In this document: piece by piece, positions 12,682-24,854 of the stretch
Numbering within the stretch: the stretch's first letter is position 1
Layout: each line of letters opens with the position of its first letter
Translations under genes and position numbers: made by a program
Notes under the pieces: generated by a model
What the model saw: the letters and a program-made list of their open reading frames with translations, nothing else
The model's database searches: none
What the model was told of the DNA's origin: nothing
Origin: Octopus sinensis
Lineage: Eukaryota
Reading direction: 5' to 3'
Length of the DNA stretch: 64,000 bases
NCBI RefSeq assembly: GCF_006345805.1
Contig: NC_043002.1
Coordinates: 72,230,001-72,294,000, forward strand

Positions 12682-14330
12682 CGGGAAGCTTTATGAAAAT
12701 AAACAAAAGACGAAGGCAGATGGAAAACAAACGAACAATTGTATTAGTATGGCGCTCAGGAAATATAAATAAAACAAGTCTTTAACGTTTCGAGCCTACG
12801 CTCTTCAACAGAAAGATACACAGAGAGGAGAAAAACAACAAGAAAGAAGGAGAGAAAAAAAATGCGTGCAGTAGCTAACGAATCAACATGGCGATCTGAT
12901 TTCGGCCAGAGGTCAAAGATCAAACATGAGACGCGAGAGCGAAATAAGGGGAGATAATAGGGTTGATAAAAGGGTTGAGGGACCAGCTAAAAGTGCGGGA
13001 GGGGTCTGGATGTGTGTATGTATAGGGTTGGTGTGTATGTATTAGTATGTATAAGGGTGTGTGTGTGTGTGTGTGTGGGTGTGAGAGAGGTATTAGTGCG
13101 TAGGATTGGTCTGGACGTGCGTATGTATGGGGTGGTGTATGTAGTAGTATGTATTAGTATGTATTAGTACGTATTGGTATGTATAGGTGTGTGTGTGTGT
13201 GTGTGAGAGAGTATAAGTGCGTATGCGGGGTCTGGACGTGTGTATGTATAGGGTTGGTGTAAGTATTAGTATGTACTAGTATGTATTAGTACGTATTAGT
13301 ATGTATTAGTTGGTGTGGGTGTATTAGTATGGCACATCATATGTGATGTGATGTGTAAAGTCATGTGGTGTAGTGAGGAGAAGAGGGGGAGGGGGGAGGG
13401 GGGGAGAGAGAGAGAGAAGGGGAGGGGAAGAGAGGGGGGAGGAGAAGGGGGAAGAGGAGAGGATGGCGGGAGAGAAGGAAGGGGACGAGGGGGATTGAAG
13501 GAGGAGGAGAAGGAAAGAGGGAGAGAGGGAGAAGAGAGGAGAAGGGGAGAGGAGGGAGGAGGGAGCAGAGGGAAGGGGAAGAGGGAGGGAGAAAGAGGGA
13601 AGAAGGGAAGGGGAGTAGGGGTGGAAAGGATGAAGGAAGGACTGAAGAAGTAGGGGTCGGGGGGAGAAAGGATAGGTGAGGAGGGGAGAGAGGGGGTTAG
13701 ATGAGGAGGGGGGGAGAGTTGAGACCAAATGGCGTATAAGAGCGAAGAGAGATTAATTCCTGTTCACGGCGCAAACGGGAATCCGGATGGCCTCTGTGTA
13801 AGGACAAACCGAACACAGATAGGTGTTGCAAGGAGTGACCGGTGGAGCGGAAATGGCGTGAGACCGGTGTGTCGTTCGCAAGGTGGATGTCACGAAGGTG
13901 TTCCGCGAACCGGTCAGCCAAGCGGCGTCCCGTTTGTCCGATGTACAAGGAATTGCAGAGAGAGCAAGAGATGCAATAGATAATATTGCTGGAGGTGCAG
14001 GTGAAGGAGTGGATGATGGGATAGGGTCGATGGTGGGTGCTAGTGAGGCGGGGTGGTGTGGAGAGGTAAGGGCAAGTGCGGCAACGTGGGCGGGAGCAGG
14101 GGAAACGAGATGGGGGGAGGTAGGGTCAGGGAAGGAGCTATGGACCAAAAGGTCTCGAAGGTTGTGGGCTCGTTTGAAAAGGGGAGGGGTCGGTTAGGGA
14201 AGAGGTGTGAAGTGGAACGGGTCGGACTGGAGATGACGGAAAGCTCGAAGAATGGTGCGTTGGAGACGTAGGGTCGTGGGGTGGTAGTGAGGGGAAAAGG
14301 GAGGCGGGAGACTACAGGGCGGGTTCGGGG
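12681..14330 (-). mobile_element. 5'-truncated Penelope-like retroelement: C-terminal linker, GIY-YIG endonuclease, long 3' UTR and terminal repeat
   Basis: Minus-strand translation with frameshifts gives KRAHNLRDLLVHS, FPCSRPRCRTCPY (Cys linker) and SFTCTSSNIIYCISCSLCNSLYIGQTGRRLADRFAEHLRDI. The 3' terminus (12681-12900) matches copies at 38593 and 55875 and abuts (TA)n. Confidence 0.9.
13697..14310 (-). pseudogene. Frameshifted PLE ORF fragment (GIY-YIG domain)
   Basis: IIY...YIGQTGR motifs; the Cys linker is in a different frame from the upstream NLRDLLV segment. Confidence 0.88.
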
Positions 14331-14378
14331 AGAGAGAGAGCAGATACACGGTCCACGGACCGTGCTCTGGCAAGGGCG

Positions 14379-14423
<45 letters not shown>

Positions 14424-15660
14424 TATATATATATATATATACAGGGCGTCCCGAAATTAAGGCAGCCGAGTTTCGAGCTTTAATAACTACAAATATATTG
14501 CAGAGATTAGATTATCATCTGGAAAAAAACATGCTTTTAGATAAGCATAAGGAATATGTCTGTAAAGATCAATTACTGATCAGAAAAAGCAATAATCGAA
14601 GACTATAAAAAAAAATAGGTCTGATCACAGATTAACTCACAGAAAATATTTGAAGTGTCACACACAAACACGCATGGAAAATGGACATAGTGGTTTCAAA
14701 TTTTTGCACAAAGCCAGCAAATATAGGGGAGGGATGTAAATGGAGTGCATCGAACCCAGTGATAGGCTGGTATTTTTTCATTTTATTGACCCCAAAAGAA
14801 TGAAAGTCAAAGCTGACTTCGAACTCAGAATGTAAAGACGGACGAAATGACGCTAAGCATTTGTCCGGCGTGCTAACGATTCTGCTAACTAGCCGCCTTA
14901 AAGATCATGGAAATATTAGCAATTAGTAGCACCCTAAGTAGATACATTATATTTATCATGGGCAAATGACAAACAAATCTGCAGATAACCATTATAATAC
15001 ATAAGATGAATTCCATCTCCATTGTAAGAGGAATATTCCAAGCTGGTTTAATTTTTTTATTTCTGTCATGATTTTATCGGTGAATATCCTTGGAATATAC
15101 TTTTGTAATGCTTATATAAGAAGACCAGTTATTATTTTAAATTTTTTTTTATTTCCTCTTAGAGAGTTTCCTATTCTTAAATCTTCATAATCATTTCTAT
15201 ATATATTTTGTTTTGTTCAGGTTTTGATGACCAGTGTTGTATAAGTGATCTAGAGTTTAGTTTCGTTTTATTTATTAATTATTTTGTTCGTTTGGCATGT
15301 TTTAGATCTATTTTCGTGATTTGCGACTTTCAGTGTTTTAGTTTTGTTAATTTTGTGTGTGTTACTTGTGTTTCATTATTTATCATTTCTTTTAGTTGTT
15401 CTGAGTTTGGAAATGTGTTTACTTAAATTAACTAATATATTGCGTCAAACATTACGTTCAGATCTGTTATATTTTCCCCATCCATATCATATAATAGATT
15501 ATTGTCGTACTTTCCATTTGCGAGTGGGGTGTAGCTGTAAAATATGCATGCTGAATAGAAACATATTCCTCTCGCGTCCATGCTTTTTCCCATACATTTG
15601 TGAAACTTGAGAAGTGAAGTACGGTCTTTAGTTAACTTTCTATTATATTTGTCAGATACA

Positions 15661-16700
15661 AGACGGCAAGCTGGCAGAAACGTTAGCACGCCGGGTGAAA
15701 TGCGTAGCCATATTTCGTCTGCCGTTACGTTCTGAGTTCAAATTCCGCCGAGGTCGACTTTGCCTTTCATCCTTTCGGGGTCGATAAATTAAGTACCAGT
15801 TACGCACTGGGGTCGATATAATCGATTTAATCCGTTTGTTTACCCTTGTATGTTCTCTCTGTGTTTAGCCCCTTGTGGGTAGTAAAGAAATAGGTATTTC
15901 GTCTACCGTTAGGTTCTGAGTTCAAATTTCGCCGAGGTCGACTTTGCCTGTCATCCTTTCGGGGTTGATAAATTAAGTACCTATTTCTTTACTACCCACA
16001 AGGGGCTAAACACAGAGAGGACAAACAAGGACAGACAAACGGATTAAGTCGATTATATCGACCCCAGTGCGTAACTGGTACTTAATTTATAGACCCCGAA
16101 AGGATGAAAGGCAAAGTCGACCTCGGCGGAATTTGAACTTAGAACGTAACGGCAGACGAAAAACCGCGAAGCATTTCGCCCGGCGTGCTAACGTTTCTGC
16201 GAGCTTGCCGCCTTCAGGGTCGATAAATTAAGCACCATTTACGCACTGGGGTCTATATAATCGACTTAATCCCTTTGTCTGTCCTTGTTTATCCTCTCTG
16301 TGTTTAGCCCTTTGTGGGTAGTGAAGAAATAGGTATTTCGTCTGCCATTACGTTCTGAGTTCAAATTCCGCCACGGTCGACTTTGCCTTTCATCCTTTCG
16401 GGGTCGATAAATTAAGTACCAGTTACGCACCGGGTTCGATATAATCTACTTAATCCCTTTGTCTGTCCTTGTTTGTCCCATCTATGTTTAGCCCTTGTGG
16501 GCAATAAAGAAATAAGAATCGTTAGCACACAGGACGAAATGCTTAGCGGTATTTTGCCCGTCTCTACGTTCTAAGTTCAAATTCCGCCAAGGTCGAATTT
16601 GCCTTTCATTTTTTCGGGGTCGATAAATTAAGTACTAGTGAAACACTGGAGTTGATGTAATCGACTAGTCCCCTCCCCACAAATTTGAAGCCATGTGTCG
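15661..16700. mobile_element. SINE family B multimer cluster with an inverted nested copy
   Basis: Head aggcggcgagctggcagaaacgttagc followed by repeated ~180-bp units (gtatttcgtctgccg..gagttcaaattccgccgaggtcgac..agtaaagaaatag); 15981-16214 is on the minus strand. Confidence 0.85.
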
Positions 16701-17289
16701 AGTACAAAGGATTATATTAGTCAGATAATGGCTTATTTGTTTCTGGAGATGTCAGGCTCTGTATTCTCCATTTTCGCCCGTTTTGTAGACCAGATCCAAA
16801 GCACTAAATTTTTTTATAACCTTTGGCTGAATATTTACTTTCCTATTTCTATTGTTTTTCATTTTCTTTTGTATGAGGGACGCATTTGTCTAGTGTTGAT
16901 ATGAATCGCGGTTCGAGAATAAATCTGCACGTGATGTTAGTTAGATTGGCAATCATGATGAACAGTTGTAATAAATTAGGTGTGTTTGTAGCTAAGAAGT
17001 CTGCTTAGCAACTACATGGTTTGGGGTTCAGTTCCACTGTGTGACACCTTGGATGAGTGTCTTCTACTATAATCCCTGACCAACCAGTACCTTATTAAGA
17101 GAATGTGGTAGACAAAACTGTGAAGAGGCCTGTTTATGTTGTGTTTGTCCACCACCACCACTATCGTTTCACAACTGGTATTGAGAAAACTCGTTAAACT
17201 TCTGCCGCTATATGAGGAGCAGTACAGTATCTTCAAGAGATCCAGCAACTGATCGGAGGAGAAATAATTTTTCTGGTCTTGTAGAAGAA

Positions 17290-18366
17290 AAAATACTTAT
17301 AGATGCTATATATATGAAGACTGTGTGAAGGAAAATCTGAAGAAACTAGCTATGAACAAAAATGGTTGGGAAACTGATGCTCTGGATCGGTGCTGTTAGT
17401 AAACTGATGCTCTGGAGAGGTGCTGTTGGGAAACTGGTGCTCTGGAGAGGTGCTGTTGGGAAACTGATGCTCTGGAGAGGTGCTGTTGGTAAACTGATGC
17501 TCTGGAGAGGTGCTGTTGGGAAACTGATGCTCTGGAGAGGTGCTGTTGGGAAACTGATGCTCTGCAGAGGTGCGGTTTGGAAACTGATGCTCTGGATCGG
17601 TGCAGTTGGGAAACTGGTGCTCTGGAGAGGTGCTGTTGGGAAACTGGTGCTCTGGAGAGGTGCTGTTGGGAAACTGATGCTCTGCAGAGGTGCGGTTTGG
17701 AAACTGATGCTCTGGATCGGTGCAGTTGGGAAACTGATGCTCTGGAGAGGTGCTGTTGGGAAACTGGTGCTCTGGAGAGGTGCTGTTGGAAAACTGATGC
17801 TCTGGAGAGGTACGGTTTGGAAACTGATGCTCTGGATCGGTGCAGTTGGGAAACTGGTGCTCTGGAGAGGTGCTGTTGGGAAACTGATGCTCTGGAGAGG
17901 TGCTGTTGGGAGTGGTTGCAACGTCTATGTAGAAAAGATTATTCAGCACTCTGAACTTAAAAGGAACAATTGGAACTAAATAAACAGTGAATATTGGATT
18001 TGTATTGTGTGCGATCGTGTTCTGTTGTCAAAAGCAGGATACGTGAATCATGAAGTCACATGAAAATCGAAATACCCCCAACCGCCTCTTGCAACTTGTA
18101 TTATATGTCAGAAAACTTCTAGGACACTATCTAAGCTTAAAAGACATAAGCTAGTTCACAAAATGTTCCTTCAGAATCAAATTCCAAAGGGCAAAGATGT
18201 AAAAGAAACTTGAATAATAGCTGTTATTTGTGTTTTGAACTCTGTCAGTGAGCAGCTGGTCTTAAAGTCATCTGAGAACACATCGACGGAGGGATTGTGC
18301 TGTGTGATGGGGTATGATGTGTATGTTGATGGGACGGCTATCATCTGTCAAGATCATCATCATCAT
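17290..18366 (+). mobile_element. RTE-clade LINE 3' fragment carrying an internal minisatellite
   Basis: YEDCVKENLKKLAMNKNGWETDALDRC..WRGAVGSGC..EKIIQHSELKR, then two C2H2-like fingers (CIVCDRVLLSKAGYVNH; CIICQKTSRTLSKLKRHKLVH) and a (CAT)n tail. Confidence 0.7.
17371..17910. repeat. 30-bp minisatellite, 18 units
   Basis: Unit aaactgatgctctggagaggtgctgttggg with variants; exact 30-bp period, counted from the sequence. Confidence 0.97.
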
Positions 18367-18420
18367 TTACACACATGCACACACCCACAAACACACACAC
18401 ACACATATATATATACATAG

Positions 18421-18482
<62 letters not shown>

Positions 18483-18484
<2 letters not shown>

Positions 18485-18980
18485 CGAATCGCTTGAACGG
18501 AACCAAACGGTCAACACAGAACTCTATGTTCAACAGATGGAACGATTCATCACGGCTATTCAAGAGAAAAGACCTAATCGGCAGCATGGAGTTCTTCAGC
18601 TGCACGACAACGCCCGCCCTCATTTTGCCAATATGACCAAGAAAGCTATTCAAACGCATGGCTGGGAAATGCTGCCACACCCGCCGCACTCTTCTGATAT
18701 GGCACCAACGGATTTCCACCTCTTTCGATCTTTCAAATGCTATGCGCGGAGTTTCGTTCAATACTGATGCAGAATTGGGAGCTTGGTTAGATCAAGTTTT
18801 CAAGACGAAATCGGGGGGTTTCTACCAACAAGGTATTGAAAATCTTGCTGAACGTTGAGAATAAGTTGTAAACAACAAAGGTGAATACGTTATCGATTAA
18901 TTAGCTGTTATTTTTTTTATTAAACCTTTTAATAAATTTAAATTTAAAAAACCGGCGGTAACTTAGTTGCCAACCCAATA
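18483..18980 (+). mobile_element. Mariner (DD34D) family 1, 3' half with right TIR
   Basis: LERNQTVN..LHDNARPH..(34 aa)..DMAPTDFHLFRS; TIR ...aacttagttgccaacccaa plus TA at 18979-18980. Confidence 0.9.
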
Positions 18981-19024
18981 CTTATTGATCAGACAACGTA
19001 TATATATATACATGCATACACACA

Positions 19025-19094
<70 letters not shown>

Positions 19095-19095
19095 G

Positions 19096-19130
<35 letters not shown>

Positions 19131-19132
19131 AT

Positions 19133-19427
19133 ATGGCCCAGTGGTTAGGGCAGCGGACTCGCGGTCGGAGGATCGCGGTTTCGATTCCCAGTCCGGGCGT
19201 TGTGAGTGTGTTTATTGAGCGAAAACACCTAAAGCTCCACGAGGCTCCTGTAGGAGGTGGTGGCGATCCCTGCTGTACTCTTTCGTCAAAAATTTCTCTC
19301 ACTCTTTCTTCTGTTGGCCTGCTCGCTTAGCCAGCGGGGTGGCATCATTTGAAGGCTGAAATAATGCGAAGCGCATTGTGACCAGCGATGTGTAGCAACA
19401 TCTGATAGTCTGGTCGGTCACGGTGAT
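19133..19427 (+). mobile_element. tRNA-derived SINE family C
   Basis: tggcccagtggttagggcagcggact (A box), ggtttcgattccc (B box); related copies at 8580-8745 (+) and 33445-33832 (-). Confidence 0.8.
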
Positions 19428-19469
19428 ATATATATATATATATATATATACATACATACAAACATATAG

Positions 19470-19846
19470 GTTTAATCGCTCTTCATCGAACTCAACTGGA
19501 CGGCCAGAAAGAGGAGCGTCTTTGAAGTCAAAATTTCCATTTTGAACTTGGCATACCAATCACGAGCGGTTCTTTCAGTTGTCGCACCCTCTCCATACAC
19601 AGCACAAATGTTGCGAGCAGCATTTGCGGCCTTAGAACCTTGATTAAAAGCAAAAAGAAGGAGGTATCGAAAATGCTCGTTTTTCTTAACTTGACATTCC
19701 GTTTTAATTATCTGAAAATAAACAAAACTTAACTTAAAGTAACTAGAAAAAAAAATAGATTCCAAAATGATTCAAAAATAGAATTCTCTAAAAAAAATAG
19801 ATGCCAAAATTTAAAAAACGGCCGGAACTTAGTTGCCAACCCAATA
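19470..19846 (-). mobile_element. Mariner family 1, 5' half with left TIR
   Basis: ECQVKKNEHFRYLLLFAFNQGSKAANAARNICAVYGEGATTERTARDWYAKF..VEFDEERL (HTH region); same TIR, TA at 19845-19846. Confidence 0.88.
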
Positions 19847-20709
19847 TCCGGACTCTTCTCATAGTAACGAAGCTAAAGTACTCAGAGTAAAGCCACTTGA
19901 CATAGATTGACCTTTAACTCTGTTGTGCATGCGCACTAAGTTTTGATGTCCTAACTCACTTCCGCTGTTTATAGTAGTACTTGGAAGGAAGATGTGTAGC
20001 CTGGGATCGTCGTATCGAACATGACAGAGAAAGTTGAGCAGAGAATCTGCATTCAATTTTGGCAAAAGGTTGGCGATACCTGCTCAGAAGCTTACGCACA
20101 GTTTTCAAAAAGTTTTCATCGTTCTCGGCACAATGAAAGAGATCTTGTGCAACTGAAACCTGAGCGTCTTTTTGGTCAGCTGAAAGCAGTTTTGGTGCAA
20201 ACCTGACAGCCACGCGTCTCATACCCAAATCTTCAGTGGTAATGGACTGAACTGAATAGCAACTAATCTGTACATCCTCTGATAACTTACGGAAGGTGAT
20301 TCGACGATTCTCCTCACAGCTGCACGCCCATCTGCGATGTTTTTCTCAATTCTACTGGTTTCTGCTTTCCAGAAGGTTCGTCACTATCGACATTTTTTCT
20401 GCCATCTTGGAAACGTCTGAACCACTTGTACACTTGTATGCGGCTCATAATATGCTCCTCTCCATACACTTTCTGCAATTTTTCGTAGGCCTCCGAGCAG
20501 GTGTCGCCATGATTACTTTCTCTCTCATAGTCAATGCAACGATCACACACTACATACCTTCCTTCTAAGCACTGCCGTATACAGCGAAAGTGAACGAGAT
20601 CGTTAAAACTTAGTGCGCATGCACAGCAGAGTTCAAGGTCAATCTGTGTCAAGCGGTTTTTTTCTGCGTGCTATAGCAACAGTCCGGATATCTATTGATC
20701 AGACCTCGT
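19847..20709. mobile_element. Mariner family 2 relic made of two facing 5' ends
   Basis: Plus strand 19847-20100 reads MTEKVEQRICIQFWQKVGDTCSEAY; minus strand 20709-20101 reads GDTCSEAYEKLQKVYGE..VYKWFRRFQDGR..MRRVAVRFAPKLLS..ENFLKT; TIR acgaggtctgatcaatagatatccggact at 20681-20709. Confidence 0.8.
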
Positions 20710-20777
<68 letters not shown>

Positions 20778-20945
20778 GATATGCACATATAACGAGAAAT
20801 GACTCTGATGAGGCTGTTTTTCTCAACTAATCAATTTACCAATTGAGTAAGCCTATAGGTAACGTACCGGTGATGACTATTGGAAACAGCTGTAAGCCAA
20901 ATTTACCTCAGTAAAGAAAAATATGTAATGACCATTATTCATACC

Positions 20946-20987
<42 letters not shown>

Positions 20988-21609
20988 TGTGTGTGGTGTG
21001 TGTGTGTGTGTGTGTGATTGTGTGTGTATGTGTGTAAGTGTGTGTGTGTTTGCCATGAGAAATTTGTTAAACTTCAGCCGACATATAAAGAGCAGCACTG
21101 TATCCTGACACAGCGCAGCAGATGATCGGAAAGGAAATTTTTTCACTTGTCTTGCTGAAGAAAAACTTACAGATGCTATATATATGAATGGTTGCCATAA
21201 AAGATTGTCAGACAACGTGCTGTGTTTGGTATTGTTACTAGGCTTACGCGTTGTTCATGATGTAGAACTGTAACTTTATTAAATATGTTTCGTAATTTTG
21301 TCAGGCTGTCGATGAATAAGAATAAATAGTCATGTCGCCTCTTAAATTCTTGTTTTGTTTTATTACGGGCTCATTGTTCATGACATTAGAGTAACATTTC
21401 ATCTACAAGCACTTCTTTGCGAAATTTAATGAGGAAAGACGGGTTGTATCACCTGCGTACCTCTGTGTGTCTCTTTAAAATCAACTGCGACAATCGAGTC
21501 CTTAATATGAAAATCAAAAAGAGTATAGAACAAATAAAATCCAGAGGCATACCATGTATGTTTATATATATATATATGTTGTGTGTGTGTGTGTGCGTGA
21601 CTGTATATA

Positions 21610-21650
<41 letters not shown>

Positions 21651-21652
21651 TA

Positions 21653-21739
<87 letters not shown>

Positions 21740-22100
21740 TATATATATATATATTCATACACACACAAACATATATATAACGCCTGCATGTGACGTCCTG
21801 TTTTTGTTATTATTATTATCATTATTGTTTTTACGTATTTTTGTATTCATATTCATGTAACATCGTCCGTTTTTCCGTCTTTGTTTTGTATACATTCGAA
21901 GCTTTCTTCCAAGGAATCTAATGCGCTTAGCTTAGATTTTCCTTGGGGCTGGCCAGAATGGAGCAATCTCAAGATTAATCAGCCGAAATTGCGAGGATGA
22001 TCCGGTTCTTGACTGAAGATTAAAGGCTTCGAATGTCCCGTCCGTGTTTTTTGTATCGTCTTCTAAATGTTTTGCGTTCTTGTCCCAGTTTGTATTTTTT

Positions 22101-22151
<51 letters not shown>

Positions 22152-22545
22152 CTCGGATCATTGTCATAAAGTTAAAGAGACTGTTTGGAATATTTATACT
22201 AATTCCAAGAATATTCGATTTTTGTACTTTAAATTACTGATTTGTGCATCAATTCTAGGCTTCATCAGCATTCCATTAACAAATCATTTTCTTTCCTTTC
22301 ACCACCATTCAACTTTTATACTAGAGTGAAAGTACTGGACACTAAGGCTTTCAGAGAACTATACACAGAAACGTTTTCCCATTTGCTGGGTTTCTTTTTC
22401 TTGAGAACAAACTCTTTGTGGTAAGGTGAGTTGACGTCTATTTCTAGCGTATAGGAATCCATTTTAGTGGTCATTCCCCTTATTAATTGTAATATAATTT
22501 TTAAATCTTCGGATTTTTTTTTTTTTATATATATGCTAGACCACT

Positions 22546-22732
22546 GTAAGTGGATCCTGTCTGTAGATTTTGCGACTGAAAGTAGCGGACAAGTTTCAGT
22601 GTAACTTGATCACATTTAGTTGTATATGTATATACAACTTCTAAGTTTTATTGAATGAATATGATCCAGTGTGATCAAGTTACACTGAAAATTGTCCGTT
22701 AATTTCAGTTGCAACAGACAGGATCCACTTAC
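22546..22732. repeat. Imperfect inverted repeat, MITE-like
   Basis: Arms 22546-22614 and 22670-22732 (gtaagtggatcctgtctgt..ttcagtgtaacttgatcaca). Confidence 0.8.
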
Positions 22733-23914
22733 TCTTCTTTATGGCCTCTATTTTCAAAAACGTCTCAGCTAGCTGATCTTACTTGTTTGTTTTCAGATTT
22801 TATTTACAGAAGAACTTTTATCACTCATTTAACGGATAATCCCAGTTAATTCCAAATTATAAACATAGTAAATAGAGGTTCACAATTTACTGAGTTACTA
22901 ATCTGAGACTCATAAGTCTATGTATTTCAAATACAAAGCTCTCTTTTAGAGTAGTTTCTCTCAGCGATTTAGTTAAAACTTCAACAGTTAATTTTTTATT
23001 CCGAATGCATTTTTCCTTCTCTTCACACATCTCATTTTCTGATTCTTTTCTATTATTCATTTATTTGGTCCTTTGTAACCTTAGTTCTTACTGCTTTCAT
23101 CCCCTCATTTCAATTATTATTTTTTTCCACAATATATATCCTCAAAATTGCAGTTCTCATTCTATAATTCTACATTTCTTCATACTTTCTATCCATTCAC
23201 ACATTGAAACCCCATCGTTAATCTACACTCTCCTATTCTCCTATTCTTTTCTCCTATCCTTCTTTCTGAGTGTTTTCTACCATTTATTCATTCCAGAACA
23301 TTCTCTATTCTTTCACCCTTTCCCACTTTCAACTTTTCTTTGTCATTTTTATAAAAATCTTTTATTCTTGCATTCCTTAGATCTATTATTCCAAAATCCT
23401 TAATTTAAATTTTCTATTCTTACGTAAAATATATTTTGCATATTTTTAATTCCACTATTCTCTTATTCCGAAATTACTTACTATCTTTATATTTAGCTCC
23501 ATTTTCCCGTTATCACTTCATTTCTTTGTTTCCTTCGGCACATGCAACATATTCTCCCACACGCTCTTATAACCACCTAGTGGATCTATAACTACAATCA
23601 GCATTACAATCATCACCACATACGAACCACTATCACAAGTACTCCTCTCTCACACGTACAAGCATACGCAAACACATGCACACAGATACACACACATACA
23701 CAAATGCAGACACACGCACACGTACACAAATACACACACACATAAACACACATACACACAAATACATCTATGAAATGTTGGATCTTTAGCACGGGTAACG
23801 TTATCACCTTCACATGCAAATATCTCTCACAGACTCACTCTCCCTCTCTCTCTCTTCCTATCTCTCTCTGCCTCTTTATCCCCCCGCACACATACACACA
23901 TAGCTAGCGAATTT

Positions 23915-24817
23915 CTATTCGGAACTACTAGTTTTCGGGTTCAGTCCCACAGGGTGGCACCTTGGTCAAGCATCTTCTGTTATGGTCTCGGGCTGAGCAA
24001 TACCTTGAGAATGAATTTGGTAGCTAGAAACTGTATGGAAGCCAGTCGCACATATGAATGTGTCAGCGTACTTGCGTGTCTTTCAGTTTGTCCTCCTCTC
24101 CCCACTCGACAGCCGGTGTTGGTTAGTTTACGTCCTGTGACTTACCGATTCGACAAAAGGAACAATAGAATAACTACCTGATTTGAAAGAAAAACTCGTC
24201 GCGGAACCGATATAATCGACTGAGCACTTCAAGGAAGTGCCGCATCGCTGCATAGTACCCTGAACCAGGGTACATCACTGCATAGTACCCTGGACCCTGG
24301 CCGACCAATGCCTTGTTTGTGAATTTGCTAGACGGAAGCTGTGTGGAAACTCGTTGTATATATACACGCGTACCTGTGCATACGTGCGTAAGTGACAATG
24401 TTTTTGTGTATGTCTTTGTCTCACCGCCACGACAGCTTGACAACTGGTGTTGTTTTCTTTAAGTGCTGCATAATTAAGGGTCAGGGAAACTGACGATAGA
24501 ATGAAGACCAGACATTAAAAAGAAAAGCAAGAACTGGGGTCGAATTGTTCGACTAAAAAAAAAAACCTTCGAAGCGGTGCTCCAGCATGGTCGCAGTCCA
24601 GTAAACGAAGATTAAAAGAAATCATTACTATACAGGTGCAGAACTGGTTGTGTGGTAAAAAGCTTTCTTCCCAACCACATAGTTCCGGGTTCAGTCTCAC
24701 TGCGTGGCACCTTGGGCAAGTGTCTTCTACTATAGCCTCGGACAGACCAAAGCTTTGTGAGTGGATTTGCTAGACGGAAACTGAAAGGATCCCATCGTAT
24801 ATATATATTATATGTGT

Positions 24818-24854
<37 letters not shown>

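Noticed and set aside
17371-17910. CRISPR-like array or repeat-protein gene
   Set aside because: No unique spacers; eukaryotic context; frames are open only because the 30-bp unit lacks stops; the origin is explained by the RTE motif.
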